From Callorhinchus milii (lineage: Eukaryota), in the NCBI RefSeq assembly GCF_018977255.1, contig NW_024704743.1:85252001-85316000 (forward strand): a DNA stretch of 64,000 nt. The letters run 5' to 3'. Made by a program: the position numbers and the translations under genes. Below the pieces are notes generated by a model. The model saw only the letters and a list, made by a program, of their open reading frames with translations. It did not search any database and was not told where the DNA came from. Below are positions 49,965 through 63,560 of this stretch, in pieces. Every line of letters begins with the position of its first letter. The first letter of the stretch is position 1.

Positions 49965-51685
49965 CTGCCTGACTTTGGGAAAACCCACTGCGCCCCCAGC
50001 TTGTTGGAAATTGCGCGTAAATCGTGGGTTAAATCGGGTGCTTTCAAAGCGCGAGTTCTTTCTGAATTTGGGAAACAACCTCACGCCCCGTGGGGGTCAC
50101 AAAAATTTCACGGATTCTTTGAAATCGAGAGCATAAACTTGCAGGTGCAAGTGCTGGTGCTGTGTTGTGCTGTGCTGGGGGCCGTGAGGGCGGGCAGGTG
50201 TGTCTTGTGCCCTGGTTTGGTTTCCAGTCAGCGTTCACAGTGCATCCTTGCTGCTGCCCTTCAATATAAATCACATTGATGAGATCACACAGACCCACAT
50301 ATCTCAGCTCTGATACAAGACGGGAGGATGAGGTGGTGGGGGCTGGGGGTTTAATATAACCCGGCTAAGGCTAAACTGGATAAAACCTTTACCTTGTGGA
50401 ACCTCCTTTTCTGCACACAGTGAACACATGCTGGCAATAACACTACAATAATAATCCTTGCATTTGATGTAGCACCTTATCAAGTCGTTGAGATGTCTCA
50501 AAGCACTTCACATAATATCTTGTAAAGTGAGTTGACTGTATTTTCTGGGCGAAACGTACAATGGGGTAGTAATACAGTATGTTACATTATTTCAAATACA
50601 AGCATAAATAATGCAAACTAGTGGTGACCAGTAAATGATTTATCATTAGTGTATTGGTCCCAGACACTTGGGATGTACAAACTGGAACTTTTTCAGGAGG
50701 ATCAAAAGAAAGGTTTGCTCTTGCAGAGGATCAGGCTGTCACATTCCTACATTATTTCCAGTTACCCACTTAAACTTGTCATTTCTTTTGGTAGTAAAAT
50801 GTTTCACTGTGTTGGAGGGGTGGGTGGGTGGGAGGGGGGGTGAAGGAGAGAGGACAATGTTTATAATATGTGTGCGTTTTCTCTGTGTTCCCTGTGTCAG
50901 CCTCAAAGCTATCAATATACTTGATTTATGTTTGTGGAAACCTCACATCTTTTTACTTACCTACTCCTTGGAGTAGATACTGAGTTGCATTCGCTACAAC
51001 TCTGTCTTCTCAGTATCCAGTGCAAGACTATCAATTGCTATATTTTGGTAAATCTGAATTCTAGATTATTAACATGCTATTACTACTATTTCCACTTTTT
51101 TAAAAAAAACTACACAAATGTATTTAAAACAAAAGTTCTGATAAATAATCATTTCTCCGGGTTCGGTTTGCCCCCAAGACATAACTATTACACCTGGGCA
51201 TTACAGAGTGTGCTCTGGTAAATGTCACTACAAAGAAATTGAATGGCTGTTTGGCCCAAAAAAAAAATTTGAGAGGTAAGAGAGATAGCGTAAGCTTATT
51301 CAGTATTTCAAAGAACTATTGTTTTTGTCTCTCCTTCCACCTCGCCCCTCTTTATTTATCTTTAAATCCCACTTTAAGACCTTCGATCGCGCCAATGGTC
51401 ACCCACCCCTCCTCCCCCCCCCCCCCCTCTCTTGCTTGGCATCAAACCCCACCATTCAATGACACTATTCTATGTGCAGGGCGTTATGTAAATGCAAGTT
51501 GTTGTTGTTGTCTTATTCCTGGAAACGTGCAGGCATTCGAGAAGCAGTGTGTTCTCCACAAACATAAAGTTTAATTGGAATTCTTTTATCGCTGTACAAC
51601 TGGACTTTAAGCATCAGCTAGTTCAGCTCTCTCTCCACCTCCTTTAGTTAGAATTTTGAACTCCCTCTGTCTAAGTTAATAAATA

Positions 51686-51978
51686 AATAATGATAATAAT
51701 CCTTGCATTTTATATAGTGGTTCATCAGTCATTAAGATGTCTCAAAGTGCTTTAGGGAATATATCTTAAAGTGGATTGATTGTTTATTTTTGTTGGCGAA
51801 TCACTGAAGCCAATTATGCACAGTAGTGTCCCACAAACAGTCATGGATTGAGTTAACAAATTATTTTTTTTGAGGGATTATTACTCGGAAAGCCATTTGG
51901 CAATTGCCTAACAATCAAGTTCCTACATCCTGCTAGGTAAAGAGAGGCGTGTGGAGTAAGGAAACTTGTCCAAGGTTT
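51686..51978 (-). mobile_element. 5'-truncated SINE, long form, diverged
   Basis: Same arrangement as the 41540-41826 copy. Confidence 0.8.
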
Positions 51979-52605
51979 CATTTCTAGTCCAGTGACAAGT
52001 TAACAATGACTGGAGAGTTGCAGGTATCATCTTCAGATGAGATACAAAACCAAGGCCCCATCTGCCTGGTGGGTGGACGTTAAAAGGACCCATGGCACAA
52101 TTTGAAATGAAAAGCGTCCTGAAGTGCTCGGCAACAATCCTCCACATGATATTAGTTCTTCACTTCGGAGCTGTTTGTGTTCCATTGCTGTATTCAAATT
52201 GCCGACTGGCTTAGCCTACAACATACAGTCATTACACTTTACAGTCTGTAAAGCACTTTGAGATATCCTCCTGACCTCAAATGCAAGAATTATTATATCC
52301 TTTAGTGTACTACATCCTTGATATTAATTGGCCACTCTCTCTTCCCTCAGATCCTTTTATTCTGTTGAAGTGTCTGATTATTATCCAGAATAAAAGACAC
52401 AACTTTATAGCCATTGTCAGTGTTGCATCACTGATGTGGGAATACTACTTCACAAGAGAAAGTAATGTTCTGATAAATCTATTGTACTAGGACTACAAAG
52501 GTTGTAAATTTCAACCAGTTAATTGAAAAATCATTTTGATGTACATGTGGGAATATCTGATTCCATTTCTCATAAATTTGTTATTATGGTAAAACCTTAA
52601 GGGGT

Positions 52606-52843
52606 TTGGGCAGGTTTCCTTACTCCACACGCCTAATAATAATCCCTCCAAAACCAAAAACAATAATAAATTGGTCATTTTCAATCTACGACTGTTTGTG
52701 GGACATTGCTGTGCGCAATTGGCTGCCGCGTTCGCCCACAAATATACAGTCAATTCACTTTACAATGTGGTCTGTGAAGCGCTTTGGGATGTCCTCCCGA
52801 CGTGAAAAGCGCTATATCAAATGCAAGGATTATTATTATTATT
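52606..52843 (+). mobile_element. 5'-truncated young SINE
   Basis: Near-identical to 27494-27734. Confidence 0.9.
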
Positions 52844-54711
52844 AAAGTCTTTGTATCCCACCAAAAGTTGAGAGCATACGTATCAATTTGTACCGATAAT
52901 AAGAGAAATGTATTGTACTTGGATTAAGCTGATATAAATGATAGGAAGAGGAGGGGGCTAGTCACAGATGGATCATTACTGTATGTGTTAGGAGCGGCTA
53001 ACTCTTTGGACAGATTTCTCCTCACCAGAGATAAAACAACAAAAACCGTGATACATTTTGAATTGGAAAAATTGATGGGGCAGAAAAAGTAGCGGTTGGC
53101 ATGGAATGGAATTTTCTGGTAGCAACTGTGAGCCACTTTGAGTGAATATCATTGCTAATCGCTCATTTTCCTGCTGAAATGTAAAAGAAAATAAAGTGAC
53201 TTTCATGGATTCGAATGGTTTCTGCGCAAAAGGGAATGCAGAAAATCCATTTGGAACAATGTCGGACAATAATTTAAACTGGTTGCACTACATTGGAGTG
53301 CTTTGGGACACTACCCTGCGTGAGGGGCGCTATATAAATGCAAGCTGTTGTTGTTGGAGCCTAAACAAGACCGATAAATCTGCATGAAATGGATTTTCAG
53401 AATAGAATTGCTCCGGAGGTCAGCACTTTACTAACTTTCCACTTGTGTTTTTGTAATTATTTTCTTGTCACCATTGCTGAGCAGAATCAGGGAAGAGGAA
53501 TAAGTCATGGATTGCACAAATGTGCAAGTTGATCTTTATTTCTTGAATTTTCCATACATTTATTAGCAAATGTGGAACTAAATCACTGAAATATAACGAT
53601 AATCAAATGGGAGTTATGCAGTCTTTCTGACCTAGATTAAAGTCACTGTGTTTACAGCTGCGGCTTTCTCTAAAACTACATATGATGTTATGAATTCTAT
53701 AAACTCTATAAATTTGTATGGACAGAATGCCATACCATGGGGTCTAGGAGCTAGACTTTGAGTGTATAATTGTCTTTGAGTGCGGTTCATTGGATTTTAT
53801 TGCATTTTATGTAGAAGAATAAATGCATTCATTTCAACATGTTGTACTTTATCAGTCCACATATATAAAATCACCGGGTGGGCTGGCTTCCCTTTGGTTT
53901 TTGAATCAACCTTCAGTTTGTTGAAAAAGATCCTCAATCTTTTCTGCGAAAGAGACCACAAAGGAGATTGTTCATTTGCCGCATATATAAATCTATACCC
54001 ATATTTCAGATTTCATCAAACTGAGCTACTGTACGGTACTATATTTAATTAATATTCCATTGCTTTAAGTATTGGTTTGTTTCAGTATTTAGTGAAAGTC
54101 TAATTTCTGGCAACTGTTTCAGGGATGCATATCAACGATTTGACTTCGGTTTACCCAGATCACACCAGCATAAAGAATTGAACAGAGTGGAACAAATAGC
54201 TTTGAAACAAGTGCTGAGTACTGAGTAAATGTTCAGTTCATTCTAGCATAACCCAATGAAATGCAGGACATTGGTTCAAATTGTAGTCCAATTCTGTCAA
54301 TCGGCAAGGCTACAGATGATTTATTAAAGTCACTGAAGCATGGCAAAGTTTAACCTCTCTCGAATAGTTTCTAAAATCTGGGAATATTCTGGATTTTTTT
54401 TATTTCGTATTACACTCATGTGTAATATGTAAAGTATTTGATTTTTAAAATTTAGTTAAATAAAGTGTTATCAGCATTTCAGTGTATACACACGGTATAT
54501 TTTGCTACATTATGTTTAAGTCACAGAGCAAAGGTTAATCGCAGGTCAGTTCTGGCATTTCGGAACAAAATTAATGCATGTTTGCCCACTGTAAGGTTGA
54601 GTATATGAGATAGTTTAAGCATCTTGAAGAGAGTGCTTAAATGAAATGCAGTAAGCGCTGGTGTTTAAATGAAACGCTGCTGTAAATACAAAAGTTAATG
54701 GATTAAAGAAG

Positions 54712-55730
54712 GTCCCCTCCTCTTCAATATCTATATGCTCCCTCTTGATAACATCATCTGCAGAAATGGGGTCAACATTCACATGTGTGCGGATGACACC
54801 CAACTCTACCTCTCTGCCTCCACCCTTGACTCCAGGACGACTGCTGTCCTGACAGAGCTAACTTTCTTCACTTGAACGTCAACAAGACCGATGCTCTCCT
54901 GTTTGGCTCCCGTCAGCACCTCCTCACCTCATGTACTGACAGCATCACCATCCATGGGTGCACACTTCACTGAGCCAGTCCGGAACCTTGGCATCTTGTT
55001 TGACCCTCAACTATTCTTTCTACCCCACATCTGTGTCATGACCCACTCTGCCTTCCCCCAACTCCGCAACATCGCCCGGCTCCACCATAGTCTCACAGCG
55101 CAGGCCGGCGAAACCCTCATACACGCTTTCATTACATCCAGGCTCGACTATGCAAACTCCTTGCTTTTCGGCCTCCCCAACTCCTCCCTTCGTAGGCTGC
55201 AGATCATCCAAAACTCTGCAGCCCATGTTCTCTCCCACACCAGGCTCCGTGACCCTAACACCCCCATCCTCGCCCGACTCCACTGGCTTCTCATCACACA
55301 GAGGATACAGTTCAAGATCCTGGTCCTCAGCTTAAAAGCCCTCCATGGTCTTGCTCCCACCTACCTCTGTGACCTCCTAAATCCCTACCATCCTGCTCCC
55401 TCCCTCTGCTCAGTGGGCTCTGGCCTGCTTCACGTCCTCCGCCTCGCTCGCCCCACTATTGGCAGGCGGGCCTTCTGCCACTCCACCCCCCCCCCCCCTC
55501 CCGGAACTCTATCCCGCAATCCCTCCACCTCGCCCTCTCCTTTGCCTCCTTCAAGACCCATCTCAAGACCCTCCTCTTCTACCGTGCTTTCAATTACCCT
55601 ACTTCCTCCCCGCCTTCACCCTCCCCAATCCCAACCCCCAGCTCGGGTCTGAAACTCTGTCTGTCCAGCGCCTTGGGACGTCCTCCTGACATGAAAAGCG
55701 CTATACCAATGTAATTTTGTTGTTTTTGTT
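54712..55730 (+). mobile_element. 5'-truncated L2-clade LINE
   Basis: [21 protein letters not shown] (degenerate YADD), ETLIHAFITSRLDYANSLL, LHWLLITQRIQFKIL; same 3' tail as the other L2 copies. Confidence 0.93.
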
Positions 55731-57239
55731 CTATTAAATGTCAAGAAAGGTTTTTCATTCCCTTTCCACCCAAGCTTTTATTTTGATTTGCTTTCTCAAC
55801 TTTTTTTCTTCCATTTCTGGAGGCACTAACTTGCTAACAACGACCTCATTGCTAAACATTTGAAGACTGATGTAACTGCTAGGCTGGTATAAAAGCACTA
55901 TAATTAGCCTCAGTATCCCTGGATGAAGCAGAGTGAGAATCAACAAGAGTTTCTGTTCCTAAATACTGGTCAGTGAATCCTACAGGAAATTGGCTCTGCT
56001 TTGGATGTTAGATGAGGATAGAATCCAGTTTAGCTGTAATAATTATATTATAATAATAGTAATAATAATAATGGGATGCAATCTGGATTATTTCTTAACA
56101 AATTTCTTCTTCCCTCTTTGTTCACATTTTATCTTTCAATAGTTGTACTGTGGTTCTTTCTTGCTGCAGGTAAAATAGCCCCTGGTTCCGGCCATAATGA
56201 GGTACATATGTTGAGGAATTTAGGTCAGAAACTGTAACCTTGATCACAGCCTTTGTGCTTCTGGGTGAAAGCACTCATTGAACAGTAAAGAGGACATCCT
56301 CTGGCTTCACCATTGTGGATAACAGTGATGAAAATTGCATGGATGTCCAAAAAATATTAGCTCCTCCTTTGGAGCAGTTAATGACATTTGACATTTGTCA
56401 TGAAATATTGAATTCGGTTTGTATATTTATAATAACTATCACAGAATGAATCATCCTGTTCCTGGACTCTTCCCAGTAATGGACTGGTCACAGAGGCATA
56501 GCCACCACTTCCCCCCTACCCCACACTCACCCCACCCCAATCCCCAAAGACTTCATTCAAATGTGTATAAAATTACTAATGATCCTTGCATTTTATATAG
56601 CGCTTTAACACGTCATTTAAATATCATAAAGCGCTTCACAGGATTTTACTCCAGTGTATTTTGGTTGTGCCACTATTCTGCCTTGATGGTCTGTTAACAC
56701 ATTGTTAAAAATGCAGCAAATACAGTCAGTTGATAACTAAAGACGTAACTGGTCTGCTTGTATGACTCTTTCTTCCCGTGCTGCCCTTCCCACTCCATAT
56801 TTTTGGGTCTGAGGCTGACTTGCAGTCCCCATTGAGACTGGCCGACTGTAGACTATTGTCTAGACTGACACTGTAGTCCTGGAGGAGCACTGCATTGTCA
56901 GAGGGGCTAACCTTGGTTGAGATGTTAAACTGAGGCCTCATCTCTCTGTTCAGGTGGATGTTTAAGATCCCCCGACTCAAAAAGATTCAAAAAGAGTTTC
57001 CAGATAAAATTGTTCATTCACTTTGTGGCTGTTTGTGGGACATTACTATGTACAAATTAGCTGCTGCATATGCTTAACAATAATTATCTGTGGAGTATTT
57101 TGAGAATTTTTGACGTTATAGGTGCTGTATTAAATGCAAGGATTGTTTATTATTTATTTAACATTTTGTTTGTGTAATGTCCGTATTTAGCTAGCTGATA
57201 CAATTTTGCAATCCATGGCTTTGGTTCTAATATGTTAAC

Positions 57240-57480
57240 ATAATCGTTGCATTTGATATAGTACTTTTCACATCTTCTAGACGTCTCAAAGTGCCTTACA
57301 AAATATACTGTAAACTGAATTGACTGTATATTTGTGGGCAAAACGCGGCAGCCAATTGTGCACAGCAGTTAATTGATTAATAATAATAATAATAATCCTT
57401 GCATTTGATATAGCGCTTTTCACGTCTTCTAGATGTCCCAAAGCGCTTCACAGAATATACTGTAAAGTGAATTGACTGTA
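57240..57480 (-). mobile_element. Two tandem SINE 3' fragments
   Basis: Two copies of ttgcatttgatatag...gaattgactgta. Confidence 0.8.
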
Positions 57481-58063
57481 ACATGACACAGTTTTTATCT
57501 TTCAGTTTTCTTTTTTCCAGGTTTCTGTTTTTGCTTTCAACATTGTGTCAGCCTAGCTCAGTTGGTAGCACTCCTGCCTTTGAGTTAGAAAGTTGTGGGT
57601 TAAAGCTCCATGCCAGGACATTTAACTCACAGTTGAGGTTGACCCTCCAATGCACTTGCATTGTCAGAGGTGGCAGCCTTTGGATGAGACCTTAAAGCCT
57701 GGCCCTACCTCCCTGTTCAGGTGTAAGTTAAAGTTCCCGTGACCCTATTTAAAAAGAGAAGGGAGTTTCTCCAGGTACTCTGACCAACAATCCCCAAATA
57801 AAATTTGTGAGTCACTAAATAATAATAATAATAATAATAATCCTTGCATTTGAAATAGCATGAGTAAATTAACTACAAAAACATACCCAGTTACTACACT
57901 TTACAGTAAATTCCATGAAGCACTCTGAGACATCCTGCAAATATGAAATATACAAGTATTATTATTTGTCATGCATTGTTTTGGAGGCCCTTGGCAGACC
58001 CTTTGAAATGGAGCCAAACCATTGCACGTCTTTGCAGACTTGTAGTCATCGCAATTCTGAAAC

Positions 58064-58381
58064 ATAATAATAATAATCCTTGCATTTGATATAGCGCTTT
58101 TCACGTCTTCTCAACATCTCAAAGCGCTTCACAGAATAGACTGTAAAGTGAATTGACTGTATATTTGTGGGCGAAACGCGGCAGCCAATCGCGCACAACA
58201 GTGTCCCACAAACAGTCGTGGATTGAAAATGACCAATTTATTATTGTTTTTTTTATTTTGGAGGGATTATTATTAGGCGTGTAGAGTAAGGAAACTTGCC
58301 CAAGGTTTCGTCCTGCCTGGAATTGAACCCAGGTGTCTCGCTTGCAAGGCGAGTGCTCTAACCACTGAGCTTCAGGACTCC
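58064..58381 (-). mobile_element. tRNA-derived SINE, full length
   Basis: Reverse complement of the same consensus. Confidence 0.92.
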
Positions 58382-60140
58382 ACATGTGAATGGTTTGCTT
58401 CTCAGAGGAAGATTGTGGAGAACAGGAGCCCAAAGGGGATATATGGTGGTCTGTATTTTGACCTTCCATTGACGATGGTGGAGGCAAACTTGGTGCCTCT
58501 TTTCACGACAGGAGAAGGTTTGGATCAGTTTGTAGTGGGGTGGACAAGTGGAGTCAAATTCTGTCTTTCCTGCGGCTTTTAACACCAGTTTTAATATATG
58601 ACTAGCTGGTTTAAATATTAACAAATTGCAGGTTACTGTTCAACGAAACATCATGATGGATTGGACAGCAGGTAGACTGGGAACCAGTTACTTAAGTCTA
58701 ACATTCTTTCATTTCAGCGATTGCTGCTTTCAGACATAAATATCTGTCTCTTGTGGTGTCAGCAGCTGGTGTCAGAGATTTATTTTCAATTTAGCACACA
58801 AGAGGCTCGTTCTTCCCCTGAGTTATAACCTTGAGATATATCCAGGATACCAGTTTACAATGTACTGGATTCTCTAGACGAGGAATATATTCAAACTTTG
58901 TTCAAAATACCAACGTTGGAAATTAGCCATTTTAGAACTGCTGGAGCTTTGAGAAAGCATCTGCACGTTTCTATCCAGGAAAGACCACAGTGGAGATGGT
59001 CTTTCCACACGAAACACCTGAACAAAAAGCCTGAACTGCAAAACAATGTAATTATATTTGTGGATGTGATGCCCTTTTGTAGGAGAAAATAGGATGCCCA
59101 CTCTGACAATGCAGCACTCCTCCAGCATTGTACTGGAGTATCAGCCTAGACCAAATAGATTTCAGTACCTCATAAAATTGTAAGCAGTCTAAGGTTTATA
59201 ACAGATTGCAATCAACTGCCTTGCTACAATTGTAACATTCAAATTAAATGCCATTTTTCTTTTTTCTAACTGGCAAAGAAATTCTACAAACCATGTGGTA
59301 TATCTATTTGAGAAAAGTACTTTTTTTTTAGAGTGGTTTCCATCAATATACCCAGATCTCATTTATTCAAAGCAATTGGAATTCAGAGGTTGGATAATGA
59401 GAGGGAAATTGTGTATTTTTCTATTTGAAAGCCTTGAAAAAATGGCTATTTGCTTTGAACAGCCCACAATTAATAGTTCGATAGCCATATTTATCTCTCA
59501 TTCGCTTTATTTTCCCTGTGCTTGTCACAGCACATACCTCTTGTCAGTGAAAGAGGCAGAACTTTCTACAAAATATGCCCATTTTGTTTTGAAAATATTG
59601 AACCAGCTTTGAAACTTTCTGTCTCTTCTGTGTAATTATTTTTTTCAGTTCGCTCTTTTCAAAGCAAAAAGAGTTAAGCTAACAAGTAGCCTTTAAATAT
59701 TCGTGGGCGTAAAAGAATGATCTCTTTTAGCATTTCATTTTTGTTCTTCGTTAAAAGACACTGACAAGCAATTCAGGTTGAATCCCTTCTGAATTCAATT
59801 AGGAGCCTGCATTTGGTGCTGTGCCTGACAATCCAGCTAATATCAGCGACTTGCCTTCTAGAGAAAGCATGAGTTCAATTGTCAGCTCCGATCGGTACTC
59901 GAGTCCTTTCACAGTGAATGGTGGAGTGCACTAACCCATTGCACCATCAAGCTGCCTAAACAGATTAGTGGTTTAATGACAAAGTTAACTCTGGGGAGCG
60001 AGCAAAGGAGGAAGAAGAGTAGGGGTGTGGGAGTCTTGGGAGAGATCACACCAGAATAAAATAGGATTTTGAAATAATAATTTAAACACTTATATAGCTG
60101 CCCAATGTCTTTGTTGGCCATAAGCATCCCATACTTTCAT

Positions 60141-61525
60141 CTTGGCTCAGCGGTAGCACTCTCGCCTCTGAGTCAGAAGGTTGTGGGTTAAAGTCCGCTG
60201 CCAACTCATATAATTTAAGTTGACACTGCAATATAGTGCTGAGGGAGGGGGAGGTTTCATTGTCGGAAATGCTGTTCTTCGGATGAGACGTTAAACCGAA
60301 GTCCCATCTGACTGTTCAGGTGGGCATTAAAGATCCGATGGTACTACAACAACAACAACAAAATTACAGTTGCAAAGTGCCTTTCACGTCAGGAGGATGT
60401 CCCAAGGTGCTGAACAGTCAGGGATCAGGACAGGGTTGGGATGAGGGAGGGCAGAGGGGGTAGGAGGGTGGCTTAAGGTACGGTCAACAAGGAGGGTTTT
60501 GAGTCATGCCTTGAAGGAGGCAAGAGAGAGAGCAAGGCGAAGAGATTGTGGGATGGAATTCCAAAGAGTGGGGGGAGAGAGGCTGAAAGCCCGGCCACCG
60601 ATGGTAGGGCGGGTCGGGCGGGAAACCTGAAGCAGGCCAGAGCCTGCTGAGTGGAGGGAGCGGACAGGTTGATGGGTGTCAGAAGGTCAGAGATGTAGGA
60701 GGGCGCAAGGCTGTGGAGGTCCTTGAAAGTGAGGATGAGGATTTTGAGGGATGGGGAGCCAGTGGAGCCGGGCGAGGGTGGGAGTGACGGGGTCACGGAG
60801 CCTGGTGCGGGAGAGGACACAAGCTGCAGAGTTCTGGATGATCTGCAGCTTGTGGAGGGAAAAGTTTGGGAGGCCAACAAGTAGAGAATTTCAGTGGTCG
60901 AGCCTTGAGGTGACGAATGCATGTATGAGGGTTTCGATGGTCTGAGGGGTAAGGCAGTTGCAGATTTGGGCAATGTTCCAGAGGTCGGGGAAGGTAGAGA
61001 GCATCATGGCGTGGATGTGGGGGAGAAAAGACAGTTGAGGGTTGAACAAGATGCCCAAGTTCCTAACTGATTTGGTGAGGTGGAGTGCGCAACCATGGAT
61101 GCTGATGCTGTCAGTGCCCGAGGTGCTGAGGCGCTGGCGCGAGCCGATCAGGAGGGCCTCAGTCTTACTGACATTCAGCTGTAGAAGGTTGGCTCTCACC
61201 CAGGACTTGATGTCAGACAGGCAGTCTGTCAGGACATCAGTTGTCCTGGAATCGAGGGGTGGAGGCAAAGAGATAGAGTTGGGTTGGGAATAGAGATAAA
61301 GTTACTATTCAAAAAGAGAAGGGAGAAGGGATTGTTGTGTTCTGGCCAACAATCCCCCAAATAAAATTGATCATTTGTTTCATGGCTGTTTGTGGGAAAT
61401 TGCTTTGTGCAATTGTTCTGCTGAGTTTGCCTACAAATACGCAGTCACTCCATTTCATAGTAAGTCCTGTGAAGCGCTTTGAGATGTCCTTCTGATGTGA
61501 TAAGCTACATCAAATGCAAGGATCT
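60141..61525 (+). mobile_element. Old Deu-domain SINE (SacSINE1/AmnSINE1-like), split by an L2 into 60141-60346 and 61303-61525
   Basis: Head tggctcagcggtagcactctcgcctctgagtcagaaggttgtgggt; core ggatgagacgttaaaccga..tctg.ctgttcaggtgg..ttaaagatcc; resumes at ctattcaaaaagagaagggag. Other decayed copies at ~870-1300, 14890-15240, 16533-17140, 25765-26088, 26628-26940, 36645-37260, 45160-45535 (-), 52005-52300, 56845-57150 and 57547-57820. Confidence 0.75.
60347..61287 (-). mobile_element. 5'-truncated L2-clade LINE inserted in an older SINE
   Basis: CLSDIKSWVRANLLQLNVSKTEALLIG, ETLIHAFVTSRLD; (caa)n tail at 60347-60. Confidence 0.92.
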
Positions 61526-62740
61526 CATGCTGGTAATGACCATCCAACCAAGCAAAATGACATCAGCCCTGTTCTTATCAATCAGAAGTGCCCAGCCAGG
61601 GAGCAATGTTTGAGTTTTTTAAATATGAAGACATGTTAATGGAGTCTAATTTGCAGTATTGCTTGAAAGGTTTCTTAATTAAGAAATCTGAGTGGAGATT
61701 CATTCAGTAACAAAAAAACATGTCACGCATATCATACCGACTCGAGGGACCCTGACTCCAAAGCCAAGCGAAGTAGGAGCACTATTCCCACATGTTTCAG
61801 GATTCATTAATTAAAAAATCACAAACTAGACATTCTTTAACTTCTGAGTGTACCATTTCTCTTTTTGTTTAACCTTTAAAGGGGTTGCTCTCAGCAATTT
61901 CAAGATGGATTTTCAATCACTGTCACTTTCTATGCACCATTGCTATGTTACATGTAAGTCACGTGATGACATTTTTGTGCCATTGAAAGAGAAAACACTC
62001 AGTCACTACACTTCACAGTAAGTCCTGTGAAGCACTTGGAGACATCCTCCTGATATGGAAGGGGCTATGTCAAATCTAAGGATTATTATAGAATTATTAT
62101 AATATTAATTATGCCATTTTTAATTTAAAAAGACCATATTTCAGGAACAGTCTTTTAATGATCTGGCTACAGAAGGAACTATTCTCTGATTGATAATCTA
62201 ACGACAATCTAGAAGACAATCTCATGCGAAGCTCTACCAGTCATGAATTAGGTGGAAGAATGGAGTTGGATATAATAATAATAATAATCTTGCATTTGAT
62301 GTTGCGCCTTCTCATGTTTTCGAAATGTCTCAAAGCACTTCGCAGAATACACTGTAAAGCGAATTGATTGTATATTTATATGTTATCCTTTTTGTTTTCT
62401 CCCCTTTTCTTTCTCTTCTCTGCTTGTCTTTATTCAGTCAAGGTGGGCCAAAGGTAATTTAAACGTATCAAGGAGAAAACTCTTTGAAACACCATGGTAC
62501 CTCTCATTCATCTCCCATGCTCCATTGAACTTTCTATTAATACTGTGGTAGTTTTGTAGTTTTCTCTGCTCAAATGGTGCTATTATTTCAATAACACTCT
62601 TATTCAACTCTTCAGATTTCTATTGTGCTAGCAGTGTGGAAGTGTGCTTTACTTTGCTCTCACAATTAAACAGTGTTGCGTAGTTTGGAAGATCCCAAGA
62701 TGAATATTATATTTTACAATGTGTTTTTTTCTCATTACAG

Positions 62741-62822
62741 ATAAAAGCACTTCACTCCTATGCACTGCTTTACGATGAGGCAGATTGAATAGTTCTGTAA
62801 GGCAGTCTGTCCATCAATCAGT
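62741..62822 (+). other. KCNG2: 5' UTR part of the KCNG2 coding exon
   Basis: Strong acceptor gtgtttttttctcattacAG ends at 62740, implying at least one upstream non-coding exon. Confidence 0.7.
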
Positions 62823-63560
62823 ATGGCTCTGGTTGCTGGGAGTGGCTCTGAACGGGAATTCAAATCCTTCCCCTGCACTTTAGAAAACGTGGAGACCTGC
62901 ACCAAGAAGGGCCTTTATTATAAAAAAGTCAAACTCCTTCACCCAGACGAGGATGTCTACTGCATCACACATCTAGATGACAGAACGCGGTATGTGATTA
63001 TTAATGTGGGAGGGATTAAGTACAAGATCCCTTGGACAACACTTGACGAGTTCCCATTAACGCGGCTGGGAAAACTGAAGTCATGCAACAATTATGATGA
63101 AATCATGGACATTTGCGATGATTATGACGTAAACGGCAACGAATTTTTCTTTGATCGCAATCCGTGTGCCTTCAGAACTATTATGACTTTCCTGACTGTT
63201 GGGAAGCTGAGGCTCCTCAGGGAAATGTGTGCTCTCTCCTTTCGGGAGGAGCTGGTTTATTGGGGCATCGAGGATGAAAACCTGGAGTGGTGTTGTCGTC
63301 GTAGGATGTATCAGAAAGAAGAGGATCTGGCAGACATCAAGAAGGATTATGAAGTGCTACTTTCTGAAGAATCTCAGGGTGCCTTTGATGACACGACCCG
63401 TCTGGGTCATTGTATGAAGAAGCTCAGGGACATGGTGGAGAACCCCCAGTCAGGGATCCCAGGAAAGATTTTTGCCTGCCTCTCTGTCTTATTTGTGACA
63501 ATCACTACAGTAAGTCTCTGCATCAGCACCATGCCTGATCTAAGAGACGAGGAAGAGAGG
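62823..63560 (+). CDS. KCNG2: First coding exon of voltage-gated potassium channel modifier subunit Kv6.2 (T1/BTB domain and S1 helix)
   Basis: IINVGGIKYKIPWTTLDEFPLTRLGKL...EFFFDRNP...LLREMCALSFREELVYWGI...LRDMVENPQSGIPGKIFACLSVLFV is the KCNG T1 domain plus S1. ATG in strong Kozak context (AgtATGG); donor GAGG|GTAAGT at 63561 (246 codons, phase 0). KCNG2 rather than KCNG1 is inferred from its position downstream of CTDP1. Confidence 0.9.
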
